The position numbers and the translations under genes are program-made. Under the pieces are notes generated by a model. It was not told the origin of the DNA, made no database searches, and worked only from the letters and a program-made list of their open reading frames with translations. This document shows, in pieces, positions 9,357 through 18,681 of a stretch of 64,000 bases of DNA; positions within the stretch are counted from its first letter, which is position 1; each line of letters starts with the position of its first letter. Source of the stretch: Gemmatimonadota bacterium (GTDB taxonomy: Bacteria; Gemmatimonadota; Gemmatimonadetes; Gemmatimonadales; GWC2-71-9); NCBI GenBank assembly GCA_039588335.1, contig JBDGZZ010000001.1, positions 12,090-76,089 on the forward strand, read 5' to 3'.

Positions 9357-10232
9357 ATGAGGAGATCCAGCACTGGCCGGGCACTTCTCGGACTCGGGTT
9401 GTCGCTCCAGCTGGCCTCTGCAGGCTGCCAAGCCGGACGCGGCCCGCAGATTCATGCCGACCCGGTACCGCCAGAGTCGACCCTCCGCATACTGGCCTAC
9501 AACATTCGGCACGGCCTCGGTATGGATGACAGTGTCGACCTGGCACGCGCTGCCCGCGTTATCGCGTCTCTCGACCCGGACCTCGTGGCGCTCCAGGAAA
9601 TCGACAGCGCAACGGAACGCACCGGGTACGTCGCTCAAGCAAAGGCTCTCGGCGACCTCACTGGCATGGAGTCGGTGTTTGGTGGGTTCATGCATTACCG
9701 CGGAGGAAAGTACGGGATGGCAATCCTGTCACGGCTTCCGATCAAAGAGCACCAGAACTACGAGCTGCCCGGCGGGACTGAACCTCGATCAGCCTTGGCC
9801 GCACTGGTTCACGACAGCACCAAGGGCCTCGAAATCGTCTTCGTGGGAATCCACCTGTATCGCACCGAAGAGGAACGGCTAGCCCAGGCGCAAACGCTTG
9901 TTGATCTACTGGAGGATGTTACCGCACCCGTCATTCTGGCGGGTGACTTCAACTCCACGCCGGGATCCGAAGTCATGAATCTCCTACAACAGTATTGGTA
10001 CATTCCGGGCAAGGGTGGCGACCATTTCACGTTCCCATCAGTGGGTGCGGACAGGGAGATAGATTTCATAATGTTCAGGCCAAGGGCGGCCTTCGAGATC
10101 GTGGAATCGCGAGTGATAGAGGAGCCGCTTGCCTCAGATCACCGGCCTGTGTTGCTGACACTCAGAATGAACACCAACGACGAAGAAGACAACAATCCCG
10201 CATCTTCGACGGAGAGCTCGTCAGAGCGGTGA
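9357..10232 (+). CDS. Secreted endonuclease/exonuclease/phosphatase (EEP) family protein
   Basis: Signal peptide. EEP motifs LRILAYNIRHG, DLVALQEID, GDFNSTPGS, SDHRPV. Confidence 0.85.
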   Translation: MRRSSTGRALLGLGLSLQLASAGCQAGRGPQIHADPVPPESTLRILAYNIRHGLGMDDSVDLARAARVIASLDPDLVALQEIDSATERTGYVAQAKALGDLTGMESVFGGFMHYRGGKYGMAILSRLPIKEHQNYELPGGTEPRSALAALVHDSTKGLEIVFVGIHLYRTEEERLAQAQTLVDLLEDVTAPVILAGDFNSTPGSEVMNLLQQYWYIPGKGGDHFTFPSVGADREIDFIMFRPRAAFEIVESRVIEEPLASDHRPVLLTLRMNTNDEEDNNPASSTESSSER

Positions 10233-10270
10233 TTGGCCACGCATCGCTACACAATAGAGACGGAGTCAGC

Positions 10271-11608
10271 ATGTCATTCATCGATCGAAGAGATTTCATC
10301 AGAGGTGGAGCAGGAGCTGCCATGGCTCTTTCCGGGATGTCGCCAAGCCTCCTAACGAGGCGGGATGATAGGAAGGTAAGAGTCGGAATCATAGGGGTAG
10401 GCGGTAGAGGCACCAGCCTCCTCAACCTCTTGCTCAGAAGAGAGGACACCACCATACTCGCCCTCTGCGACATCAAGCCCGAAGCTGTGCAAAGAGGGAT
10501 TGACTTGATCACTGAGGCGGGGGCCAACGCTCCTACGGGCTACGCTGAAGGAGAGGATGATTACCGAAACTTGGTCGAGCGCGATGACCTTGATGCCGTA
10601 TTCATCGCCACTCCGTGGCTATGGCACACGCCGATGGCAGTTGCGGCCATGAATGCGGGAAAGGCTGTTGGCGTGGAGGTTCCCGCGGCAACGACGGTCC
10701 AGGAATGTTGGGACTTGGTCAATACATCGGAACAGACCGGTATGCCATGCATGATCATGGAGAATGTCTGCTACCGACGCGATGTGATGACCGTATTGAA
10801 CATGGCTCGCCAGGGAATGTTTGGCGAACTCATTCATTGCCAAGGCGGGTACCAGCATGACCTACGTGGCATCAAGTTCCAGCCTGGCGCCGAGTTCGGC
10901 CCCGGAGCCAAAGGTGAGGCGGAATGGAGGACCCACCATTCCGTGACTCGTGACGGAGAACTCTATCCAACTCACGGCATGGGGCCCATTTCGAAGTGCC
11001 TCAATATTCAGACCGGCAACCGGTTCGAGAGTCTAACTTCAACTGCGACGAAGTCGCGCGGCCTGCACAACTATATCATTGAACACGGCGGTGAAGACCA
11101 CCCCAACGCCGACATTGAGTTCAAGCTGGGCGACATTGTGACAACCGTCATCAAGTGCGCCAACGGCGAGACAATAATGTTGAGCCACGATACCAACCTT
11201 CCACGTCCCTACTCACTCAACTTCCGGGTACAAGGTACCAAGGGACTGTGGATGAGCGACAACCGATCCATCTACCTAGAGGGCGTGAGTCCGGAACCGC
11301 ATCGATGGGAACCATTCAGCAATTATCGCGAACGGTATGACCACCCGCTGTGGAAGCGTTACACACAGGAATCGGAAGGTGCTGGACACGGAGGAATGGA
11401 CTTCTTCGTAGTCCACGCTTTCATAGAGTCGGTCAAGCGCGAGGTTCCCACTCCGATCGATGTATACGAGGCTGCCACATGGAGCGTCATAAGCCCGTTG
11501 TCGGAACAGTCTGTAGCGATGGGAAGCGCACCCGTCAGGTTTCCAGACTTCACACGAGGTAGATGGTCAAAGAGAACCAGCTCGTTCGCGCTGAACGACG
11601 AGTTCTGA
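10271..11608 (+). CDS. Tat-exported Gfo/Idh/MocA-family oxidoreductase (GH109-like architecture)
   Basis: GGAG RBS then ATG 10271. Twin-arginine signal RRDFIRGGAGAAMAL. Rossmann motif VGIIGVGGRGTS. The longer ORF-track start (9995) overlaps the EEP gene and was discarded. Confidence 0.85.
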   Translation: MSFIDRRDFIRGGAGAAMALSGMSPSLLTRRDDRKVRVGIIGVGGRGTSLLNLLLRREDTTILALCDIKPEAVQRGIDLITEAGANAPTGYAEGEDDYRNLVERDDLDAVFIATPWLWHTPMAVAAMNAGKAVGVEVPAATTVQECWDLVNTSEQTGMPCMIMENVCYRRDVMTVLNMARQGMFGELIHCQGGYQHDLRGIKFQPGAEFGPGAKGEAEWRTHHSVTRDGELYPTHGMGPISKCLNIQTGNRFESLTSTATKSRGLHNYIIEHGGEDHPNADIEFKLGDIVTTVIKCANGETIMLSHDTNLPRPYSLNFRVQGTKGLWMSDNRSIYLEGVSPEPHRWEPFSNYRERYDHPLWKRYTQESEGAGHGGMDFFVVHAFIESVKREVPTPIDVYEAATWSVISPLSEQSVAMGSAPVRFPDFTRGRWSKRTSSFALNDEF

Positions 11609-11618
11609 GGAACATACT

Positions 11619-12200
11619 ATGAGAGCCGTACGGATCGTCGTAGTCACCGTTTTCTTATCAGTGATTGCGCTATCGCCGGCCGCGGGTCAGATAGGGGTTA
11701 TCGGCGGGTGGAGTTACTCTACCGTGAGCGCCTCTGATGGAGGTACAGACCTCGACACCGGTTACCGCAACGGATACCACTTGGGAATCACGTACGGCGG
11801 GTCAGGATTGCTCGGCTTCATGGCGCAGGCCCTTTACACGCGCAAGGGTTTTACCACCGGGGAAAGCGCCTCTGAGGCAAGTGTGGATCTAGGGTACTTC
11901 GAGATCCCGATAATGCTGGCCGTCAAGATTCCGGGTTTTCGAGTCTACGCAGGAGGCAACCTGGGATTTGAAGTCAGTTGCAGCGTTGAAACTGCAGTTC
12001 CCTTGAACGGTTTCGGTTGCGACGATTCAACCCAGGCCTTCGACGTCGGACTCAAAGGAGGGGCTGGTATTCAACTGTTGTTGTTCACTCTAGATGCAGC
12101 TGTCACATATGGGATATCCAATATATCGAGCATTGAGGGACTCGACATGAAGAACAGAACGCTCTACATATCGGCCGGAGTAGTCCTGCCGTCCCTCTAG
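11619..12200 (+). CDS. Small outer-membrane beta-barrel protein (OmpA-membrane-domain/porin-like)
   Basis: Signal peptide ending PAAGQ. G/Y-rich alternating strand pattern, ~170 aa mature. Confidence 0.7.
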   Translation: MRAVRIVVVTVFLSVIALSPAAGQIGVIGGWSYSTVSASDGGTDLDTGYRNGYHLGITYGGSGLLGFMAQALYTRKGFTTGESASEASVDLGYFEIPIMLAVKIPGFRVYAGGNLGFEVSCSVETAVPLNGFGCDDSTQAFDVGLKGGAGIQLLLFTLDAAVTYGISNISSIEGLDMKNRTLYISAGVVLPSL

Positions 12201-12286
12201 CAATTGCCAAGTACCACGATGCACATGAGCAAGGCGTCCTCACGACGAAGAGACATGTCACGCAATCAACGCCTGAGGAGGGTGTC

Positions 12287-14851
12287 ATGATTGGAACCAC
12301 AACTCGCTCGGCCCTGACCACATCACTGGTCATCTCGATCGTCACAATGACGCTCGCGGCCTGGACGAGCCCTAACCCGGCCAACGCGCAGGCCGGGAGA
12401 GACCAACCTCAGGCACTGCCCTCGATCTCCGAGAAGACTGCAGGCATGGAAAGAATCGATGGCTTCTTTCCCCTCTACTGGGACGCCGACGCCGGTCAGC
12501 TATGGATGGAGATCAGTCGACTGAACGCTGAGGTTCTAAACATCACTGGAGTCGGAGCCGGGTTGGGCTCCAACGACATCGGAATCGATAGGGGACAACT
12601 TGCGGGGTCTCGCATAGTCGAGTTCGAGCGCGTGGGACGAAAGATCTTCATGGTGCAGCCCAATTACAGGTTCAGGGCATCCAGCAATAACCCTGCGGAA
12701 GTGCGCGCCGTGACAGATGCATTTGCTCGGTCGGTACTGTGGGGGTTCACTGCCGCGGCCGAATCCGATGGTTCCCTGTTGGTCGACATGAATGAATTCT
12801 TACTCCGCGATGCCACCAACCTCGCACAGCGTCTTCGTCCTGGGACGTATCGGTTCGATGAGAGCCGGAGTTCAATCTACATGCCCATGACCAAGGGCTT
12901 TCCTTTGAACACCGAGATGGAAGCCGAACTGACATTTCGGCAACAGCCTGCGACCGGAGGAGGGGGTGGTTTCGGCGGCTTTGGCGGAGGAGCTTTCGAG
13001 GGAGTAGGTAGTGTCGCCGCCACCAGCGAGGCCGCGAGCTTGCGGGTCCATCAGTCCTTCGTGCAACTCCCCGACAACAACTACGAGCCTCGCTTGGCCG
13101 ATCCGCGCGCTGGGTACGGAGCGTTGACTTACGATGACTACTCTGTGCCACTCGGCGAATCCATGACCAAGCGTTTCATACGGCGTCATCGGCTACAGAA
13201 GACCGATCCGTCGGCGGCCGTAAGCGATCCCGTCGAGCCCATCATCTATTACCTGGATCCCGGCACACCAGAGCCGATTCGCTCAGCCCTGCTCGAGGGT
13301 GCGGGTTGGTGGAATCAAGCGTTCGAGGCAGCAGGATATCGCAACGCGTTTCGCGTTGAACTCAGACCAGACAGCATAAGTCCCATCGACGCCCGCTACC
13401 ATGTGATCAACTGGGCACATCGATCGACCCGAGGATGGAGTTACGGCGGATCCGTTACCGATCCTCGAACCGGTGAGATAATCAAGGGGGTCGTGACGTT
13501 GGGTTCTCTGCGCATCCGCCAGGACTACATGATCGCCGAGGGACTGCTTGCGCCCTATGAAAACGGTGACGAAACGCCTCCTGAACTCGCCGAATGGGCG
13601 CTGGCACGAATCCGACAGCTGTCGGCTCACGAGGTGGGACACACGCTGGGGTTGGGCCACAACTACTATGACAGCCGTGCGGGCCGAATTTCTGTCATGG
13701 ATTACCCCCACCCCCTGATCACTTTGAACGGTGATGGATCATTCGACTTTTCCCAGGTTTACGACGTTGGCATCGGCGAGTGGGACAAGGTGACCATCAC
13801 GTGGGGCTACCAAGACTTCCCGACGGGTACTGACGAGAGGCAGGCGCTGGACGCGATTCTCGACGAGGCTTGGGATCGCGATGTCATCTACATGTCGAAC
13901 CAGGACGTCTCGGCACATCCACGAGTCGACCAGTGGTCAAATGGAACCGATCCTGCGGCAGAGTTGGAGCGGATGATGGAGGTGCGACGCGTTGCGCTGT
14001 CACGGTTTGGTGAAAACGCCATCAAGAGCGATCAGCCGTTGGCAACAATAGAGGAGGTCCTGGTACCTCTCTACATGCACCATCGGTATCAAGTTACGGC
14101 AGCAGCTTCTGCATTGGGTGGCATACACTACATCTACGCAATGCGTGGCGACGGGCGAGAGCCTGTGCGTCCGGTCCCAGCAGACGAGCAGGAGGCCGCC
14201 TTGGATGCTCTGCTCGCGACTCTCCAGCCGTCAGCCTTGGCCCTCCCCAAGAGTCTTCTGAGCAAGCTGCCGCCGCGTCCTTCTGGATACGGCCGTAGCC
14301 GCGAGCTATTCCCCCGCTATACAGGATCCATGTTCGACGCGATAACGCCGGCGGTGGTCGCGGCTGATCACACGATCTCCAGCATTCTGAACGCCCAACG
14401 GGCAGCTCGGTTGGTAGAGCAGCACGCGCTCGATCCAGCATTGCCTGGCCTCGACACCGTGCTCGATAGACTGTTTACGGCAACGTTCGGGGTCACACCC
14501 CAGGATCCATACGAAGCGGAAGTGAGTCGCGCCATAGAGCGTGTGCTCATGGACCGCCTCGTGGCCCTGGCCGCTAACGCACGGATGCCACAGGTGCGGG
14601 CAATAGCTTCAGCGCGTCTCGAATGGATGCGCGACCAGTTTGTCACCTCTAGCGGGCAGATTGATCCTGTCGCGGCCCACTATGCTTTGATCGCACGCGA
14701 TGTCACCAGATTTCTCGAGCGGCCAGCTGGCGAATTCAGCCAGCCAGCAACGCAATCGGCGCCACCAGGCGCCCCCATTGGCGAGCCCGCTATGGAGTGG
14801 ATTAGGCGGCTGGCTCCTGTGTGCGCCGGGTGGGACGGTTGGTGGCAGTGA
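12287..14851 (+). CDS. Secreted zinc metalloprotease (DUF5117/DUF4953-type layout)
   Basis: Signal peptide; zinc motif HEVGHTLGLGHN; 854 aa. Gly-rich low-complexity insert GGGGGFGGFGGGAF. Confidence 0.85.
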   Translation: MIGTTTRSALTTSLVISIVTMTLAAWTSPNPANAQAGRDQPQALPSISEKTAGMERIDGFFPLYWDADAGQLWMEISRLNAEVLNITGVGAGLGSNDIGIDRGQLAGSRIVEFERVGRKIFMVQPNYRFRASSNNPAEVRAVTDAFARSVLWGFTAAAESDGSLLVDMNEFLLRDATNLAQRLRPGTYRFDESRSSIYMPMTKGFPLNTEMEAELTFRQQPATGGGGGFGGFGGGAFEGVGSVAATSEAASLRVHQSFVQLPDNNYEPRLADPRAGYGALTYDDYSVPLGESMTKRFIRRHRLQKTDPSAAVSDPVEPIIYYLDPGTPEPIRSALLEGAGWWNQAFEAAGYRNAFRVELRPDSISPIDARYHVINWAHRSTRGWSYGGSVTDPRTGEIIKGVVTLGSLRIRQDYMIAEGLLAPYENGDETPPELAEWALARIRQLSAHEVGHTLGLGHNYYDSRAGRISVMDYPHPLITLNGDGSFDFSQVYDVGIGEWDKVTITWGYQDFPTGTDERQALDAILDEAWDRDVIYMSNQDVSAHPRVDQWSNGTDPAAELERMMEVRRVALSRFGENAIKSDQPLATIEEVLVPLYMHHRYQVTAAASALGGIHYIYAMRGDGREPVRPVPADEQEAALDALLATLQPSALALPKSLLSKLPPRPSGYGRSRELFPRYTGSMFDAITPAVVAADHTISSILNAQRAARLVEQHALDPALPGLDTVLDRLFTATFGVTPQDPYEAEVSRAIERVLMDRLVALAANARMPQVRAIASARLEWMRDQFVTSSGQIDPVAAHYALIARDVTRFLERPAGEFSQPATQSAPPGAPIGEPAMEWIRRLAPVCAGWDGWWQ

Positions 14852-14943
14852 TGATTTGGCAGCTGCCGGTTGACACGCGCTGCAACACGAGGCAGGGGCC
14901 TCCAGCCGGTGGCCCCCGTTTGGCTTAGCGCCACCCGAATACC

Positions 14944-15498
14944 TCAAAAGGTAACCGTCAGCCCCAACGCAATCCGCCCGTCTCTCTGTGGAACGACGTT
15001 GACGCGGAGGCCTTCGAGCGACACATCCTTCCAACGGTCTCGTGGTAACAGCCCCACTACCAGGCCCGCGACAAACCCCACACAGCCTCCCACCACCGCT
15101 CCTATCGCCACAGCCATTCCTTCCAACTCGTAGTCGCAAGGAGCGCAGGTGGCGTAACCAATTAGTCCGCCAGCCAGTCCACCCGCCAGGAGTCCCATGG
15201 CCGGAAAGCCGATGGCCCTGCCGGCACTTACCCCGCGACCGGCGTACAGCCGCAATCTCTTCACGGACGCAATCAGCACCCGGGTTGATCGACCGTCCAT
15301 TATGAGTACCAGATGCTCGGCAGTGACAGCCTCGAGTCGTCCGTTACCTTTGCAGCGCTCGGTACTCGGGTATCCTTGTGGCCCACAGTCGTAATCCACT
15401 TGCACGTTTGTACCAGGCTGGATTGGTGAACCTTGACCCTGCAGATTGACGGTCGGGGCGACCAGGAACAGGACTGCTACAGCAGTTGCGGCGCGCAT
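14944..15498 (-). CDS. Hypothetical secreted/membrane protein with glycine-zipper segment
   Basis: Signal peptide from Met at 15498. Segments GLLAGGLAGGLIGY and AIGAVVGGCVGFVAGLVVG. C-terminal LGLTVTF. Confidence 0.5.
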   Translation of the reverse strand: MRAATAVAVLFLVAPTVNLQGQGSPIQPGTNVQVDYDCGPQGYPSTERCKGNGRLEAVTAEHLVLIMDGRSTRVLIASVKRLRLYAGRGVSAGRAIGFPAMGLLAGGLAGGLIGYATCAPCDYELEGMAVAIGAVVGGCVGFVAGLVVGLLPRDRWKDVSLEGLRVNVVPQRDGRIALGLTVTF

Positions 15499-15571
15499 GA
15501 CAGCCTCCATCGGAGGACAGCACACTCATAACAAAACCGAATCAAGGGACAGTCAAGCGCATAGATAGAAG

Positions 15572-15603
15572 GAGCCCCGAGCGCGCAGTTACGCTCGGGG
15601 CTC
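15572..15603 (-). terminator. Hairpin downstream of tRNA-Cys
   Basis: 12-bp stem GAGCCCCGAGCG-cgcagtta-CGCTCGGGGCTC, 58 nt 3' of the tRNA on the minus strand, followed by CTTCTATCT. Confidence 0.5.
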
Positions 15604-15661
15604 TGATTCCTACTGCAACTCCCCCCTTATGCCGGGTGACGGTGGTTCAGAGGGAATCTAG

Positions 15662-15733
15662 AGGCGCCGGGCAGATTCGAACTGCCGAATAGAGGTTTTG
15701 CAGACCTCCGCCTTACCACTTGGCTACGGCGCC
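15662..15733 (-). tRNA. tRNA-Cys (GCA)
   Basis: Hand-folded cloverleaf. Acceptor GGCGCCG/CGGCGCC; anticodon stem GAGGT/ACCTC with loop CTGCAAA; T arm GGCAG-TTCGAAT-CTGCC; discriminator U. CCA not encoded. Confidence 0.9.
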
Positions 15734-15815
15734 CTAGGATCGGTAAAACTCATCAGGAAGCGGATTTTCCTCAAGCCATGAAGATTCTGACCCGAGTCAT
15801 CTCATCCACACACAG

Positions 15816-18488
15816 TCACTTCTTGTCCAGAACGTCACGGATCTTTTCCAGGAGTTCGCTGACAGTCCAGGGTTTATGCAAGAAAGGTACACTGGGATCC
15901 AAAGGGCCGGAGTGCTGCACATCTCGGTCGGTATACCCGCTCGTGAATAAGATCTTGGGAGTTCGCCCCTGTTGCCGCAGCGCCTCGTAGAACTTGATCC
16001 CGCCCAGCCGTGGCATCACGACATCTGAGATTACCAGGTCAATCTCGTCTTGGTGTTGGGGATACAGAGCGAGCGCTTCTTCTCCGTCCGCTGCCAGTAA
16101 CACAGTGTACCCGTGCTTCTCGAGAACTCTCCTCGCGGCACGCCGAATGGGTTCTTCGTCCTCAACGAGTAGGATGGTCTCGGTGCCTCCCGTCACACCA
16201 CGAGGAGGGGTGTCGTGTTCACGGACGGCACGTTCCTGTACCAGCGGAAAGTACAGTTTCACGGTAGTGCCGTGTTCCTTCTCCGTGTATACCTCGACGG
16301 ACCCACCCTGCTGCTTCACCAACCCATACACCATTGAGAGCCCCAACCCTGTACCCAAATCTGGAGGTTTTGTTGTAAAGAACGGTTCGAAGATCCTGTC
16401 ACGTGTATCCTGGTCCATCCCTATGCCCGTATCACTCACCGCTATACACACGTAGTCGCCGGGTGAGGTCCAAGGATGGGCAGTGCTGTACTCTTCGTCC
16501 AAGTCTTGCCGGCACACCGTTATCCGTAGGTTGCCACCTTCCGGCATGGCATCACGCGCGTTGGTAACCAGATTGAGAAGAATCTGTTCCAGTGCCCCAA
16601 TATCGGCTCTAACTGTCCCAGCTTTCGGATCCGTCTCCAGATAGATACGTATGTTCTCTGGAACCACACGTCTGACCATCGTCGATAGATCCGTTACGAG
16701 CTTCACGGCGCTGACCGGCCTCAGCTCTAGGTGACTGCGCCGGCTAAATCCGAGCAGCTTCTTGATCAGTGATGAACCGCGCCGCACTGCCCTGGTAGTC
16801 TCACGCACATCCTCCCTGAGCTCTTGTAGATCGACTGGCAGTGCCCCGGCAATGAGTTCGAGATTCGTAGAGACGACGGTCAAGATGTTGTTCAGATCGT
16901 GCGCAATACCACCGGTCAATTCGCCCAACGCCTGCATCTTCTGGGCTTGATGCAATGCTCCTTCCAAGACACGCTGTTCAGTGATGTCCTCGGCGATTAC
17001 CTCGAACCCTCCTAGCTCGCCGCCCTCGTCGTAGAGATGACGACCACTCAGCCGAACCAGAATTCGCTCGCCATCCTTCCGCCTCCACTCCACCTCCAAA
17101 CCATCGATCAGCTGATCGCGCTGACTCGTCTCTAGCATCCGTTCACGCTCCCCAACGCCCCAGTGCCGATCCAATTCGCTATCAGCAGCCAACAGTGCAT
17201 CCTCGCTATCGTAACCGAGCATTCTGGCCAAGGCAGGATTCGCCGAGAGAAAACGACCCTCTACCGTCGACCGGTAGATACCATACGTAGCGCCCTCCAC
17301 CAGCTCTCGGTACTTCGCCTCTGAACGTCTCAGCTCTTCCTCTGCACGGGTTCTGTCCGTGATATCGCGAGCTACTCCGAACAGACCTGCGACACCACCT
17401 CCCTCATCACGATAGACTCCCTTGGTGGATAGATAGGTCCGGTCCACTCCACCGGTGGACATGATCTCTTCAAAAGTCTGAGTTTCGCCAGACGTCATTA
17501 CTCGTCGATCGGACTCTATTATTTGCCGCGCGACTTCGGGGGAAAACAACTCCTCATCACTCTTCCCAACGATTTCAGATGCGGCCTTTCCAACTTGTTG
17601 AGCAGCAACCGAGTTGAGCAGCAGGTACTTACCTTGGCGGTCTTTCACGTATACGGCATCAGTCGTCCCACCGACCACTGAGTGAAGTAAGTTGAGGCTC
17701 CTGCGAACCGCCTCCTCAGCCCTTCTGCGCTCAGTGATATCTTCCACCATGACGATCCCGTAGAGGGTAGTCCCATCTTCGCTGCGCACTGCAGACGCGC
17801 TCTGATTACCCCAAAGCACAGACCCGTCCCTCTTCAGATACCGTTTCTCGAGTTGATAACTGGGAGTTTCTCCGCGTAAGGCCTCAGCAAGTTGTTCGTC
17901 GGCTTTGAGATCGTCAGGATGGGTGATAGCGGAGAAGCTGCCTCCAAGGACTTCCTCCTTGGAATACCCTAAGGTCCGGCAGAACGCGTTGTTGACTCCT
18001 ACAACCCGGAAATCGACGCCAACCAGGGCCATTCCCAGTGTCCCTTCCTCGAACACCCTTCGAAACCGCTGTTCACTCTCGCGCAGCGCCTGTTCAGCGA
18101 ACTTCCGTTCCAGGGCATGCCTGATCGCCCGCATTAGAACTAGCCCATCGTACTGCCCTCTTATCAGGCAATCCTGCGCGCCTTCGCGCATTGCTCGAGC
18201 CGCCGTGTCTTCATCTGGCTCCGACAGAAGGACAACTACCGGGATCTGAGGAGCTCGCTCCCGAACAGTGACCAGTGCGCCGAGCCCATTGCCGTCAGGA
18301 ACGAGCGGGTTCAGAATCACGACGTCGATGCCACCGTTTTCGAGTCTGACCTCAGCAGCTGCTACGGTACTGACACACTCGACATGGTATTGGCTCCCCC
18401 CACTGGCAGAGAGTGCCTCCCGAACCTCGGTCGAGTCATTACGGTCGTCCTCGACGAAGAGGATCTTCGTTATCTTACCGCCGTTCAT
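15816..18488 (-). CDS. Hybrid sensor histidine kinase: pseudo-receiver, multiple PAS, HisKA, HATPase, receiver
   Basis: N-terminal receiver fold with Asn at the acceptor position (DVVILNPLVPD). About 4 PAS/PAC modules. H-box GGIAHDLNNILT; ATPase boxes NLVTNARDAM, DTGIGM, GTGLGLSMV. C-terminal receiver (LVEDEE, DLVISDVVMP, KPW). Confidence 0.9.
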   Translation of the reverse strand: MNGGKITKILFVEDDRNDSTEVREALSASGGSQYHVECVSTVAAAEVRLENGGIDVVILNPLVPDGNGLGALVTVRERAPQIPVVVLLSEPDEDTAARAMREGAQDCLIRGQYDGLVLMRAIRHALERKFAEQALRESEQRFRRVFEEGTLGMALVGVDFRVVGVNNAFCRTLGYSKEEVLGGSFSAITHPDDLKADEQLAEALRGETPSYQLEKRYLKRDGSVLWGNQSASAVRSEDGTTLYGIVMVEDITERRRAEEAVRRSLNLLHSVVGGTTDAVYVKDRQGKYLLLNSVAAQQVGKAASEIVGKSDEELFSPEVARQIIESDRRVMTSGETQTFEEIMSTGGVDRTYLSTKGVYRDEGGGVAGLFGVARDITDRTRAEEELRRSEAKYRELVEGATYGIYRSTVEGRFLSANPALARMLGYDSEDALLAADSELDRHWGVGERERMLETSQRDQLIDGLEVEWRRKDGERILVRLSGRHLYDEGGELGGFEVIAEDITEQRVLEGALHQAQKMQALGELTGGIAHDLNNILTVVSTNLELIAGALPVDLQELREDVRETTRAVRRGSSLIKKLLGFSRRSHLELRPVSAVKLVTDLSTMVRRVVPENIRIYLETDPKAGTVRADIGALEQILLNLVTNARDAMPEGGNLRITVCRQDLDEEYSTAHPWTSPGDYVCIAVSDTGIGMDQDTRDRIFEPFFTTKPPDLGTGLGLSMVYGLVKQQGGSVEVYTEKEHGTTVKLYFPLVQERAVREHDTPPRGVTGGTETILLVEDEEPIRRAARRVLEKHGYTVLLAADGEEALALYPQHQDEIDLVISDVVMPRLGGIKFYEALRQQGRTPKILFTSGYTDRDVQHSGPLDPSVPFLHKPWTVSELLEKIRDVLDKK

Positions 18489-18598
18489 CCGATACCGCTC
18501 CGGTTCTCCATTCTTACGTCGAGTACGACAATGTCGGGTTGGGCCGCGCGAATCAGTCCTTCGAGGAGCTGATCCCTAGTCTTGTCACAGTCTTGCAT
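18485..18598 (-). pseudogene. 37-codon relic of a response-regulator receiver domain
   Basis: Minus-strand ORF MQDCDKTRDQLLEGLIRAAQPDIVVLDVRMENRSGIG resembles the alpha2-beta3-alpha3 core of CheY-like receivers (consensus PDlvllDirMPgmdGi). It has stops just upstream and ends in ATGA with the kinase start. Confidence 0.4.
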
Positions 18599-18681
18599 CA
18601 GTGTTCAATCTCCAAGCGCGAGGTGCTACCATTGCAAGGACGGCTGTACGTAGGGCCAGGGCTGCTGCCCGTGGGCAATTG

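Noticed and set aside
9995-10270. N-terminal extension of the oxidoreductase ORF that overlaps the EEP gene by ~240 nt.
   Set aside because: A GGAG RBS and an ATG at 10271 are followed directly by a twin-arginine signal, which marks the real start. The extension has no protein-like features.
15526-15815. tRNA-Cys as a possible genomic-island integration site.
   Set aside because: No integrase, direct repeat of the tRNA 3' end or compositional shift is seen on either side. The flanking genes look like ordinary chromosomal genes.
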